A stretch of DNA of 64,000 bases, taken from the NCBI GenBank assembly GCA_965230895.1, contig OZ246394.1, forward strand, positions 1,441,887-1,505,886. Reading direction: 5' to 3'. Below, piece after piece: positions 1 through 8,878 of this stretch; the first letter of the stretch is position 1; each line of letters begins with the position of its first letter. The stretch is from an uncultured Gammaproteobacteria bacterium (lineage in GTDB: Bacteria > Patescibacteriota > Microgenomatia > Levybacterales > UBA12049). The position numbers and the translations under genes are program-made. The notes beneath the pieces are model-generated. The model worked only from the letters and a program-made list of their open reading frames with translations, was not told the origin of the DNA and made no database searches.

Positions 1-2
1 TG

Positions 3-2402
3 GTTGGGTATGATGTCTTCGAACCAATGGGGCTGGATGGCTTTGGTATTCATTCAGAGAATCATGCGATTAAAACAAACTCACATCCTGTAGATCATGC
101 AAAGAGGACGGAAGAAAACTTTTATCGCCAATTGCATGCAACTGGTAATTCTTATGCCTGGGATAACAAGCTAGAAACCTACGACCCTCATTATTATCGC
201 TGGACACAATGGCTTTTTGTGCAACTTTTTAAATCAGGTTTGGCTTATAGGAAAAGCTCTCCGGTTAATTTCTGTCCTTCATGTATGACTGTACTTTCCG
301 ATGAACAGGTTATAGATGGGCACTGTGAGCGATGTGATTCCGTGGTTGAAAAGAAACAATTGGAGCAATGGTTCTTCAAAATTACCGACTATGCCGAGCG
401 TTTACTCAATAACATAGAACACATGGACTGGACTGACAAGGTTAGAGTTGCTCAAAGAAATTGGATTGGCCGAAGTGAAGGCGTGCGTCTTGAGTTCGAG
501 GTCAGCGGATTGCCTTCCTATAAAGACAAGATTGCTGTATTTACCACGGCTATTGATACTGTCTATGGAGTGACGTTCATGGTCATTTCACCAGAGCATC
601 CTTTAGTTAAAGAGATCCTGGAGAATACGAATGTTAAGGCTAGAAGGGATGAAATAGAGACTTATATTAAACAGGCTCAACACAAATCTGAAGTTGAACG
701 TACTGCAGAAGGTAAGGCTAAGACTGGCGTAGCAAGCGGGATTTCCGTCATCAACCCCTTGAATGGAGAATCCGTTCCATTGTGGATTGCGGATTATGTT
801 TTGATGGGATATGGAACTGGCGCTGTGATGGGAGTACCAGGACATGATGCAAGAGATCATGCATTTGCCAAAAAGTACAAATTAGAAATAAAAGCTGTCG
901 TGAAACCAAAAACGGGTACGAAAAATGCACACGTCCAAAAAGACGGTTTTTGGGATTATAAAGAAATTAAGACATTGTTCAAAAATGAGTCAGAAATGAT
1001 TAATTCCGAAAGACTTAACGGCCTTTCGAGCTCAGACGCAAAGGAAAAGCTTGTGCAATTAATAGCAGCAAAAGGTTACGGAAAGGCTGAAAAGACGTAC
1101 CATTTACGTGACTGGTTAATCTCTCGTCAGAGATATTGGGGACCGCCAATTCCAATGATTTATTGTGATACTTGTGCAACAAAAGGAAAATCATGGTTTA
1201 CGACCAAAGAAGGTTTGATGCAAAAGTTGGTTGACGGAAAAGATAGAAATGAGATGGCTGGCTGGTACCCAGAAGAAAATTTACCAGTAGAATTGCCATA
1301 TATTAAAGATTTCAAGCCAATGGGCACAGGGAAATCTCCTTTAGCAAATCATCCAAGTTTTTATGAAACGAAGTGTCCAGAATGTGGGGGCGATGCTCGA
1401 CGCGAAACTGATGTCTCCGATACTTTCTTGGATTCTGCATGGTACTTCTTACGATATTTAGCCACCGATTTAGAATATATTCCTTTCCCAATGAAAGAAG
1501 AAAAGGCAAAGCAATTCCCTGGAGCTACAAAAGAAGAAATTGAGAAAGCAGTCAAACGTCAATCATGGCTTCCAGTAACGATGTATATCGGTGGTGCTGA
1601 GCATTCTGTATTGCATTTGTTGTATGCGCGGTTTGTCACCATGGCACTTCATGATATGGGTTATTTAGATTTTGAAGAACCCTTTACAAGGTTTTATGCG
1701 CATGGATTGATCATCAAAGATGGAGCCAAAATGAGTAAGAGTAAAGGGAATGTCATCAACCCAGATGATTACATCCGCAAATATGGTGTGGATACGTTGC
1801 GGAGTTATCTTCTGTTCCTTGGTCCGTTTAATCAAGGTGGTGACTTCCGAGACACCGGAATTGAAGGTATGCATCGATTTATTAAGCGAGTTTGGGTCAT
1901 GTTTAAAGAGCAAGGCAAAGGCAGTGGAGAACCATCTGCTGAAGGTTTAAAGTTTATGCATGAAGCAGTCAAGGGTGTGACAGAGGATTTATATGAACTT
2001 CGATTCAATACAGCTATTGCAAAGCTCATGATCTGGTATAACTTCTTGGCAAAGCAAAAGACTATCAGCAAAGAAGAATTAGAAACATATCTGCAATTGT
2101 TTGCACCATTTGCTCCACATCTGACAGAAGAATTATGGCAGGAACTTGGCAATCCGTTCTCAATTCATACGAGTTCGTGGCCATCTTTTAATGAAAAGTA
2201 TTTAAAGCAAGATACGCTCATTGTTGCAGTTCAGGTAAATGGAAAGTTGCGTAGTACGCTTGAAATAGCAACTGCAGATAAGGATAAAAAAGACATGATT
2301 GAAAAGCTTGGGCGAGAGAAGGAAGAAGTCGCAAAGTTCTTGCAGGGAAGTGTTCGAAAAGTTATTTACGTACCCGGTAAAATCCTCAACTTTGTTGTCT
2401 AA
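3..2402 (+). CDS. leuS: Leucyl-tRNA synthetase, 5'-partial (continues upstream of window)
   Basis: Frame is open from the window start. GYDVFEPMGLDGFG follows the HIGH region and a KMSKS motif (GAKMSKSKGNV) is present. Length and domain order are typical of bacterial LeuRS. Confidence 0.9.
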   Translation, partial: VGYDVFEPMGLDGFGIHSENHAIKTNSHPVDHAKRTEENFYRQLHATGNSYAWDNKLETYDPHYYRWTQWLFVQLFKSGLAYRKSSPVNFCPSCMTVLSDEQVIDGHCERCDSVVEKKQLEQWFFKITDYAERLLNNIEHMDWTDKVRVAQRNWIGRSEGVRLEFEVSGLPSYKDKIAVFTTAIDTVYGVTFMVISPEHPLVKEILENTNVKARRDEIETYIKQAQHKSEVERTAEGKAKTGVASGISVINPLNGESVPLWIADYVLMGYGTGAVMGVPGHDARDHAFAKKYKLEIKAVVKPKTGTKNAHVQKDGFWDYKEIKTLFKNESEMINSERLNGLSSSDAKEKLVQLIAAKGYGKAEKTYHLRDWLISRQRYWGPPIPMIYCDTCATKGKSWFTTKEGLMQKLVDGKDRNEMAGWYPEENLPVELPYIKDFKPMGTGKSPLANHPSFYETKCPECGGDARRETDVSDTFLDSAWYFLRYLATDLEYIPFPMKEEKAKQFPGATKEEIEKAVKRQSWLPVTMYIGGAEHSVLHLLYARFVTMALHDMGYLDFEEPFTRFYAHGLIIKDGAKMSKSKGNVINPDDYIRKYGVDTLRSYLLFLGPFNQGGDFRDTGIEGMHRFIKRVWVMFKEQGKGSGEPSAEGLKFMHEAVKGVTEDLYELRFNTAIAKLMIWYNFLAKQKTISKEELETYLQLFAPFAPHLTEELWQELGNPFSIHTSSWPSFNEKYLKQDTLIVAVQVNGKLRSTLEIATADKDKKDMIEKLGREKEEVAKFLQGSVRKVIYVPGKILNFVV

Positions 2403-2457
2403 TATTCATAGGCTTTTCTCTCTTTACATTTTACTTTGAAGTTTGTAATCTATCATT

Positions 2458-3096
2458 ATGGACTTGCAAGAGCGACTCACAGAATTTATTAAAGAACATT
2501 TTGTGGCTCTTCTTATCGGCGGTGTCGGACTTACTTTTCTTGTCTATGGTTTTGTTAGCTTTTATTACGTGAGTGTTCCCAAAGAAGAAGTCCAATTCAA
2601 TGCGAGCGCTAAGCCTTCGACCACACTCAAGCAAAAAAACACCAAGGAAAAAAAGATTACTGTTGATGTCTCTGGTGCTGTAAATAAACCTGGTGTCTAT
2701 ATGCTTTCTCCTGAGAGTAGGGTGCAAGATGCGATTGTAGAAGCTGGTGGTCTGGCTGGAACTGTTGATCAACAGAAAGTCTCTCAAAGCCTCAATTTGG
2801 CAGCGCCACTTACTGATGGTGCAAAACTCTATATCCCAGTGCTTGGAGACCAAACTGTGACATCACAAGCGACATCTGGAAAGAGTTCAGGAACTGTACA
2901 ATCGGCTACCAGTTCTATCATCAATATTAATTCGGCGACCGAAGATGAGCTCGATGCTCTTCCTGGCGTTGGAGAGGTTACGGCAAGCAAGATTATTGAA
3001 AACCGTCCTTATACAGCACTTGAAGAATTAGTTGAAAAGAAAGCAGTAGGGCAGGCAACCTTTGAAAAGATTAAGGATCAAATCAGTGTGTACTAG
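2458..3096 (+). CDS. comEA: ComEA-like competence DNA-binding protein (N-terminal TM, SLBB-like domain, tandem helix-hairpin-helix)
   Basis: N-terminal hydrophobic helix. C-terminal INSATEDELDALPGVGEVTASKIIENRPY is a classic HhH motif pair. Sits immediately upstream of ComEC. Confidence 0.8.
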   Translation: MDLQERLTEFIKEHFVALLIGGVGLTFLVYGFVSFYYVSVPKEEVQFNASAKPSTTLKQKNTKEKKITVDVSGAVNKPGVYMLSPESRVQDAIVEAGGLAGTVDQQKVSQSLNLAAPLTDGAKLYIPVLGDQTVTSQATSGKSSGTVQSATSSIININSATEDELDALPGVGEVTASKIIENRPYTALEELVEKKAVGQATFEKIKDQISVY

Positions 3097-3101
3097 CCTC
3101 T

Positions 3102-4343
3102 ATGAAGATATTGTTTGCCTGCATCTTAATCGTTCTTTTGCTTTGGAGGTTTCATACCTACTTTCAGGAAAAACCGGCATACAAAGACGGACAGAATTTG
3201 CAAATACAAGTAACGTTGCAGGAGGAACCAGAGCTGAGTAACAAAGGACAAAAGTTTTCAGTAACTGATCCCTATAACCAAACGATTTACGTTACTGCTG
3301 CTGCATTTCCTAGGCTTCAGTATGGAGAAGTGATTGTTTTAAAAGGAATACTTTCAGAGCGTCTACTTGATGATGGCCGGATAACCTACAGTATTTATCA
3401 ACCTGAGGTTGCCGTACTTTTTCCAGCCCATGATCTTGTCTCTGGCTATGCAAAAGAAGTCCGGGAGCGATCGAAGTCTGTATTTGAAGCATCATTACCT
3501 CCGATATCTGCTAGCCTTCTTATGGGAATTGTCTTTGGGTCAAAGGAACATTTTCCTGAGGAAGTCTTCGATGCTTTACAAGCAACTGGGGTACTGCATG
3601 TTATCGCGGCTTCAGGAATGAATGTTACGTTCGTTTCCGCTGCATTGTTGTATGGATTTGGATATTTCATGCGAAGGCAATTTGCTTTAATTCTTGGTTG
3701 TTTTGGGATCATCTTTTATTTGTTTCTCGTCGGGTTTGAACCTTCAATCCTTCGTGCTTCAATCATGGGAATTCTCGCCTTTGGTGCTAGTCTTTTCGGA
3801 AGGCAACATGTGGCTGCGTACGCTGTGCTTGTAAGTGCTGCCTTTATGCTTCTTTGGCAGCCTGGATTTCTGTTTGATTTAGGATTTCAATTATCTTTCC
3901 TTGCAACACTTGGAATTATATTTGTTAAGCCCTTAATCACACTTCCACAGAATTTCTTTACAGAATCGATTACAACCACATTTGCGGCACAGGTGGGGAC
4001 ACTTCCGATTCTGCTTGGAGTTTTCGGACAATTTGGTCTGTTATCTTTACTTGTAAATGCACTCGTTCTTTGGACAATCCCAATTGTGATGCTCGTAGGA
4101 AGTGTCGCCGCAATTCTTGGGTTATTGATTCCGCAACTTGGTCAAGTAATCGTTTTGATTACACTTCCATTTTTGACATTTTTTGAGTTCGTAATTTTGT
4201 CATTTGGACAAAATTCATGGGTGTTGCAAATTCCTCACATGCCAATTGCGGTTTGGGTTGCATATTATCTGATACTGATTGTTATCGTGCTTCGGAAGAA
4301 ACCAAGCAGGGATGTAAAACCATCGCTGTTTTCTGATCTATGA
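3102..4343 (+). CDS. comEC: ComEC/Rec2 N-terminal and polytopic membrane channel portion (DUF4131 plus competence domain); lacks the metallo-beta-lactamase domain
   Basis: Multi-pass hydrophobic protein of 413 aa adjacent to comEA. The MBL domain is encoded by the next ORF. Confidence 0.75.
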   Translation: MKILFACILIVLLLWRFHTYFQEKPAYKDGQNLQIQVTLQEEPELSNKGQKFSVTDPYNQTIYVTAAAFPRLQYGEVIVLKGILSERLLDDGRITYSIYQPEVAVLFPAHDLVSGYAKEVRERSKSVFEASLPPISASLLMGIVFGSKEHFPEEVFDALQATGVLHVIAASGMNVTFVSAALLYGFGYFMRRQFALILGCFGIIFYLFLVGFEPSILRASIMGILAFGASLFGRQHVAAYAVLVSAAFMLLWQPGFLFDLGFQLSFLATLGIIFVKPLITLPQNFFTESITTTFAAQVGTLPILLGVFGQFGLLSLLVNALVLWTIPIVMLVGSVAAILGLLIPQLGQVIVLITLPFLTFFEFVILSFGQNSWVLQIPHMPIAVWVAYYLILIVIVLRKKPSRDVKPSLFSDL

Positions 4344-5200
4344 ATAAGATAACTTTTATTGTCGCTTTGACAATATTTAGCCTTGTATTTTTAACATTTT
4401 GGCAATATGTTAGCTTTAATGACGCAAAAATACATATTGTTTTTTGCGACGTAGGACAAGGTGATGCGATCTTGATTAAAACGTCAAATAACAAATATAT
4501 CCTCGTTGATGGAGGCCCAGATCGAAGCGTAATTAATTGTCTTTCAAAGCATATGCCGTTTTGGAATCGCAAGATTGATCTGATGCTGTTGACACATCCT
4601 CATGCTGATCATTTCTTTGGGATGTTCTATGTGCTTGAGCGGTATCAGGTTGGAGCTTTCGCGACGGAAGACTTAGTTAACAAAACTGCTGCGTATAACG
4701 AACTTATGAAGATGCTTGATGCGAAAGGTGTCAGCAGATCATATGTCTCATCAGGTGATCAATGGAGTATTGGAAATACTGAAGTTATAGTTGCTGGGCC
4801 TACCCAAGAATACCTTTTCCAAACCAGTCCGGGCGGGACAATCGGAGAGAGCAAAGAGTTTGCCTCACTCATTCTCAATATAATCTTTGGAGATTTTTCT
4901 GTACTCTTAACAGGGGATAGCCAAGTCAGTGGGATTGAGGATGCACAGAATCAATTAGAGCTTCCAATTGATATTCTCCATGTACCGCATCACGGATCTG
5001 GGACAGGACTCGATGAAGAGGTTTTAAAAGATCTGGAACCGACTCTTGCAGTAGTCTCTGTTGGCGCTGAGAATCGCTACAATCATCCTCATCCGCGGAT
5101 CATGAGTCTTTTGCAATCTCTGCAAATTGATGTCCTTAGAACGGATCAGAAAGGCACTATTGAAATTGTGAGTGATGGGACCGGGTTTGTTACGAAGTAG
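4340..5200 (+). CDS. ComEC-type metallo-beta-lactamase domain protein encoded as a separate ORF (overlaps the upstream ORF by 4 nt, ATGA)
   Basis: HPHADH metal-binding motif. Later HVPHHGS and NHPH motifs typical of the ComEC C-terminal MBL fold. Its own N-terminal TM helix. Confidence 0.75.
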   Translation: MNKITFIVALTIFSLVFLTFWQYVSFNDAKIHIVFCDVGQGDAILIKTSNNKYILVDGGPDRSVINCLSKHMPFWNRKIDLMLLTHPHADHFFGMFYVLERYQVGAFATEDLVNKTAAYNELMKMLDAKGVSRSYVSSGDQWSIGNTEVIVAGPTQEYLFQTSPGGTIGESKEFASLILNIIFGDFSVLLTGDSQVSGIEDAQNQLELPIDILHVPHHGSGTGLDEEVLKDLEPTLAVVSVGAENRYNHPHPRIMSLLQSLQIDVLRTDQKGTIEIVSDGTGFVTK

Positions 5201-5876
5201 GATTTTCTTCAAGAAGACTATCGATATCGTCGAGAAGCTGATTACTCCTGTCAGGCGTGAATTTTTTAACCGGGGGATCAACAGGCATATGCCATTCTAA
5301 GTTTGCGTCGGCTAATAATCCAGTAAAGTATTTTACTATTCGTAATCTATCATCGCGGGTGACACCATGGACTGTTTCTTCATGCGTTAAACCATATGAC
5401 GTGAGTTGAGCTTGCGCAGCTAATATCGCTGTTTGTCTTCTTGCTTCGGCAAGAGATGTCTCTTCTGTAATGCTATCCAGACGTCTAGCAAGCGCTAAGC
5501 TATATCGCACTTCAGCCGCAGAATCTGGATTTGGCCCTGCGTTTACAACTTCCTGTGGCTGCTCCTCATTTATTGTTGGTGGAATAAAGAAAGGGAAAAC
5601 TGGTTTTGGTTCAGGCTTTTTCGCTTTATTAACAGAATTTTGGAATGTTTTAATTCCTGCCAAAAGTTCACCATGATCTTTTGGAGCATAACCTAATGCG
5701 ACTCCAAAAACTACTGCATCGCGAAGATGCTGGTGGAACGATAACCAAGCATCAGGGATGCCGGCATATTTCGTTTCGCCTTCTTGTATAAGATTGTTCG
5801 CAATGAACTTTGATGCTGTAGAACTATTTTGATTTCTTCTTTCCTGCAAGGGAAGCCTGCCTAGCTGTTCTTTCAT
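5190..5876 (-). CDS. Hypothetical protein (228 aa), last gene of the minus-strand two-component operon
   Basis: Long ORF on the same strand, 21 nt downstream of the kinase gene. No recognisable motif. Confidence 0.5.
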   Translation of the reverse strand: MKEQLGRLPLQERRNQNSSTASKFIANNLIQEGETKYAGIPDAWLSFHQHLRDAVVFGVALGYAPKDHGELLAGIKTFQNSVNKAKKPEPKPVFPFFIPPTINEEQPQEVVNAGPNPDSAAEVRYSLALARRLDSITEETSLAEARRQTAILAAQAQLTSYGLTHEETVHGVTRDDRLRIVKYFTGLLADANLEWHMPVDPPVKKFTPDRSNQLLDDIDSLLEENPTS

Positions 5877-5897
5877 TGAACGGATTATACCACGTGG

Positions 5898-7634
5898 TTA
5901 ATTGACAAGTTTTTGTCCTTGAGTAGCTGCCACCGGAGCAGTTGCAGGTGTAGCTGCGTCAGTCTTTGCAGCTGAATCAAGTGGGAGGGAGAATGTAATT
6001 GTTGTTCCTCGACCTTCTTCTGATTCTAGCGAAACTTGACCTCCGTGTGCTTCCACAACTCCTTTAACGATATAGAGGCCCAAGCCTGTACCGACAACAC
6101 CATTTTGTGTTCCACCAAGTTGAGTGAACTTAGAGAAGAGCAAATGTTGTTTGTCTTTTGGAATACCAGCACCAGTATCAGATACTGAAACAACGACGCT
6201 TCCAATTGCTGGCTTTGCAGTAAGTTTGACAGTACCACCTGAAGAAGTAAACTTCAAAGAATTGGAGATAAGGTTGTTGACGACCTGGCCGATGTGAATG
6301 GGATCGAACTTAAAGGATGGAATTGATGGATCGATATCAACATCAAGATTAATAAATCGCTCGTGTGCCTGCGGAGCAAAGACAGCAATTCTTTCTTGAA
6401 TTAACTTCTTCATATCGCCAGGTATCTTGGATATCGTGAACAATCCTGCTTCGAGTTTCGCAGCATCAAGGATAAGAGAAACTTCATCAAGCATCTTTCG
6501 TGATTGCCCTGAGATAAGTCCAATGATCTTGTTCTTTTCCTCATCAGCAAGTGGGGCAGGTGGGTTCATCAAAAGTTCTGAACTTGCTTTGATTGCAGTC
6601 AATGGACTTCTGAGTTCGTGAACCATAATGTTTGTAAAGTCTTCCTTCATCTTTGCGACAGACTTTTCAAGCGTAATGTCATGGAGAAGTACTGATGCTC
6701 CGATAACTTTTCGTTCGGTGGTGATACTTTCATCAAAGACTGGTGTGATGAAAATCTGAAATACTTTCTCATCGATATTAACTTCTTTTTCTTCGATGAC
6801 ACGCTTATGGTTGATTGCTCGTTGGATCTTGGCACTAAAGTCATAAGTATTTGGAAGTGCGCTCAAAAGATCAATTGTGGTTGGATTCTCTTTTGGAATA
6901 TCGAGGAAGTCTTTTGCAGCGTCGTTGATGACATTCAATTGTCCATTTACATCGACCATGAAGAGACCATCGGCGAGACTTCCAATCATTGCCATAAGCT
7001 TTCCTTTTTCAAGCTGCAAGATGTTTTCTAGTCGGGACAATGTTTCTGATGCCATTGCTGCAATCTTGTACAGAGTAGTCATTTCCTCTTCACTGTAAAG
7101 ATTCTCTTTTGTAGAAGCGACATTCATCAACGCAACCACTCGGTCATTGATTATCAATGGGATATGGAAGAACGAAGAAGGTCCTGCGTGGTTCAAATCA
7201 TCCACTGCAACGCCGGAGATGTTTGGTTCAATCCGATCAGGAATACTATTGCCTTCCATTGCACGGAATGAATTTTGCATACTTGTTTTGATGTTCTCAA
7301 GATAATTTTTGCTGACACCTTCTTTAATGTGGGTTTTGAAAATGAATTTGTCATTATCCAAGATTAAAGCCGATACAGTAGAGTAGCTCAAAAGTGTATC
7401 GAGACTTCCTGTGATGACATCAACAACTTTTTCAACATTCAACGAATATCCAATACGATCTTGAACTTCCTTCAGCATGGTAATCTCGTAAAGTCGTTGT
7501 TTTTGTTTCTTCTCGTTCTCAACAAGTTTCTGAATAGCTTTCTCTTCCTTCATTGAAAAGAAGATTGCAACGACTCCAAATACTATTGTCGCGACAATTG
7601 CTACGCCTATGATTATGTACATTCCTAAATCCAT
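5898..7634 (-). CDS. Sensor histidine kinase (N-terminal TM, coiled coil, GAF, PAS, HisKA, HATPase_c)
   Basis: H-box MVHELRSPLTAIK. G1/G2 boxes DTGAGIP and GTGLGLYIV. PAS-like MAMIGSLADGLFMVD. Hydrophobic N-terminus. Confidence 0.85.
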   Translation of the reverse strand: MDLGMYIIIGVAIVATIVFGVVAIFFSMKEEKAIQKLVENEKKQKQRLYEITMLKEVQDRIGYSLNVEKVVDVITGSLDTLLSYSTVSALILDNDKFIFKTHIKEGVSKNYLENIKTSMQNSFRAMEGNSIPDRIEPNISGVAVDDLNHAGPSSFFHIPLIINDRVVALMNVASTKENLYSEEEMTTLYKIAAMASETLSRLENILQLEKGKLMAMIGSLADGLFMVDVNGQLNVINDAAKDFLDIPKENPTTIDLLSALPNTYDFSAKIQRAINHKRVIEEKEVNIDEKVFQIFITPVFDESITTERKVIGASVLLHDITLEKSVAKMKEDFTNIMVHELRSPLTAIKASSELLMNPPAPLADEEKNKIIGLISGQSRKMLDEVSLILDAAKLEAGLFTISKIPGDMKKLIQERIAVFAPQAHERFINLDVDIDPSIPSFKFDPIHIGQVVNNLISNSLKFTSSGGTVKLTAKPAIGSVVVSVSDTGAGIPKDKQHLLFSKFTQLGGTQNGVVGTGLGLYIVKGVVEAHGGQVSLESEEGRGTTITFSLPLDSAAKTDAATPATAPVAATQGQKLVN

Positions 7635-7639
7635 AATGG

Positions 7640-8137
7640 TTAATTTGCAGTAGACTGCTGTTCGTGTTCGGTTTTTACGCTATCTTTATTCTCTGAGGCT
7701 TCCTTGTGGTCCTCAGTATGTTCTTCTGGTGCATCTGTCTTTACCGCATCAGGAACTGCCGCCGGGGTTGGCTCTTCGTGATGTTCAGTTGAATGCTCAT
7801 TTTGGTTCAATTGTGGCTCTGCAGGTTTCATCTCTTGTGCATGTCCTTCTGAAGGTTGTACTCCCTCTGCAGTAGGGTATGCTGTAATAATTGCATTGAG
7901 AAGTGGACGCATCGTCTTTTTGACCATGAGCGGGGACAATTCACGGAATTGTTCAAGGAGTTTAATGCTCACTTCCTGGGGATTCCCATCGATACCTGTT
8001 ACTCGACCTTCATTATTTACATGAAGTCCTGAAACGTTTTTTGCTTTTGCAAGAGTGATCGCAGGACCCAGAATAACCATCTGGCTTTGCAGAGTATCAG
8101 TCAGTAATTGTTGGTAGTTCAGGGCAGAGTCACTCAT
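7640..8137 (-). CDS. Hypothetical protein (165 aa) with acidic His/Glu-rich tail, between the response regulator and the kinase
   Basis: ORF fills the gap between the RR and HK genes on the same strand. No known motif recognised. Confidence 0.5.
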   Translation of the reverse strand: MSDSALNYQQLLTDTLQSQMVILGPAITLAKAKNVSGLHVNNEGRVTGIDGNPQEVSIKLLEQFRELSPLMVKKTMRPLLNAIITAYPTAEGVQPSEGHAQEMKPAEPQLNQNEHSTEHHEEPTPAAVPDAVKTDAPEEHTEDHKEASENKDSVKTEHEQQSTAN

Positions 8138-8148
8138 GGTAGTATAGC

Positions 8149-8700
8149 CTACCCAGTGTTATTGTTTTGGGTAGGGTCAGCCGGTGGATTTGGTTGTGGG
8201 TTATTTGGCTGCTGTGGTTGAACAGGTGGCTGCGGTTGTGTTGGCGATGGTTGTTGTGGTTGTCCTTGAACTGGTGGCGCAGCGACTTGTGCATTTGGAT
8301 CAACTGGGGCTGCTGTTGCTGGAGCACTTCCTTGAAGATCTGTCAAAAGCGTCTTTACTTTTTCAACAAGGTCTTTGGTTTCTATCTGGTACTTGAGGAT
8401 GTAATCTACCGCACCTTTCTCAATAGCTTCTTTCATCATTTGATTTTCATTGTAATTTGAGATAAGCATGACTGGAATATTTGAAGTTGTTGGATCTGCT
8501 TTCAGAGCGGTGAGTACTGCATTTCCTAACATGTCCGGCATAATCTGATCAAGAAGGACCATGTCAGGCTTTTGCGTTTTCACTTGATTAATCCCATCAG
8601 TACCATTTGTTGCAGTGATTACTTCAAATCCAGCACTCTTTAAACCCATGGACCATGTAGCAGCTGTAAGTTGATCGTCATCGACGATAAGGACTTTCAT
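8149..8700 (-). CDS. Single-domain response regulator (CheY-like receiver) with a Pro/Gln-rich C-terminal tail
   Basis: MKVLIVDDD...LLDQIMPDM receiver signature with the acceptor Asp in LLD. No output domain. C-terminal PVQGQPQQPSPTQPQPP low-complexity tail. Confidence 0.8.
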   Translation of the reverse strand: MKVLIVDDDQLTAATWSMGLKSAGFEVITATNGTDGINQVKTQKPDMVLLDQIMPDMLGNAVLTALKADPTTSNIPVMLISNYNENQMMKEAIEKGAVDYILKYQIETKDLVEKVKTLLTDLQGSAPATAAPVDPNAQVAAPPVQGQPQQPSPTQPQPPVQPQQPNNPQPNPPADPTQNNNTG

Positions 8701-8854
8701 AGTTACTTTTCACGCTAGCAACATTTTCACAGAAATGCAAGCAGCAAATAGATATCATTACAAGGTTGTTACAAAAAATGTTGGATTACTTTGCACGCTC
8801 CGTGCAATCGGACTGAGGAGATAATAAAAAGAACTTACAGCTTATGACGGATTC

Positions 8855-8878
8855 TCGATAATTTGGTATACTGTCTTC
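8855..8878 (+). promoter_or_regulatory. Possible extended -10 promoter (TGGTATACT) ending about 7 nt before the argS ATG, implying a leaderless or very short-leader mRNA
   Basis: Sequence ttggtatactgtcttcATG. No obvious Shine-Dalgarno. Weak -35. Confidence 0.25.

Noticed and set aside
8167-8460. Plus-strand ORFs 8167..8460 and 8184..8396 (Trp/Leu- or Val-rich)
   Set aside because: Antisense to the Pro/Gln-rich tail (CAG/CCA repeats) of the response-regulator gene. Compositional artefact.
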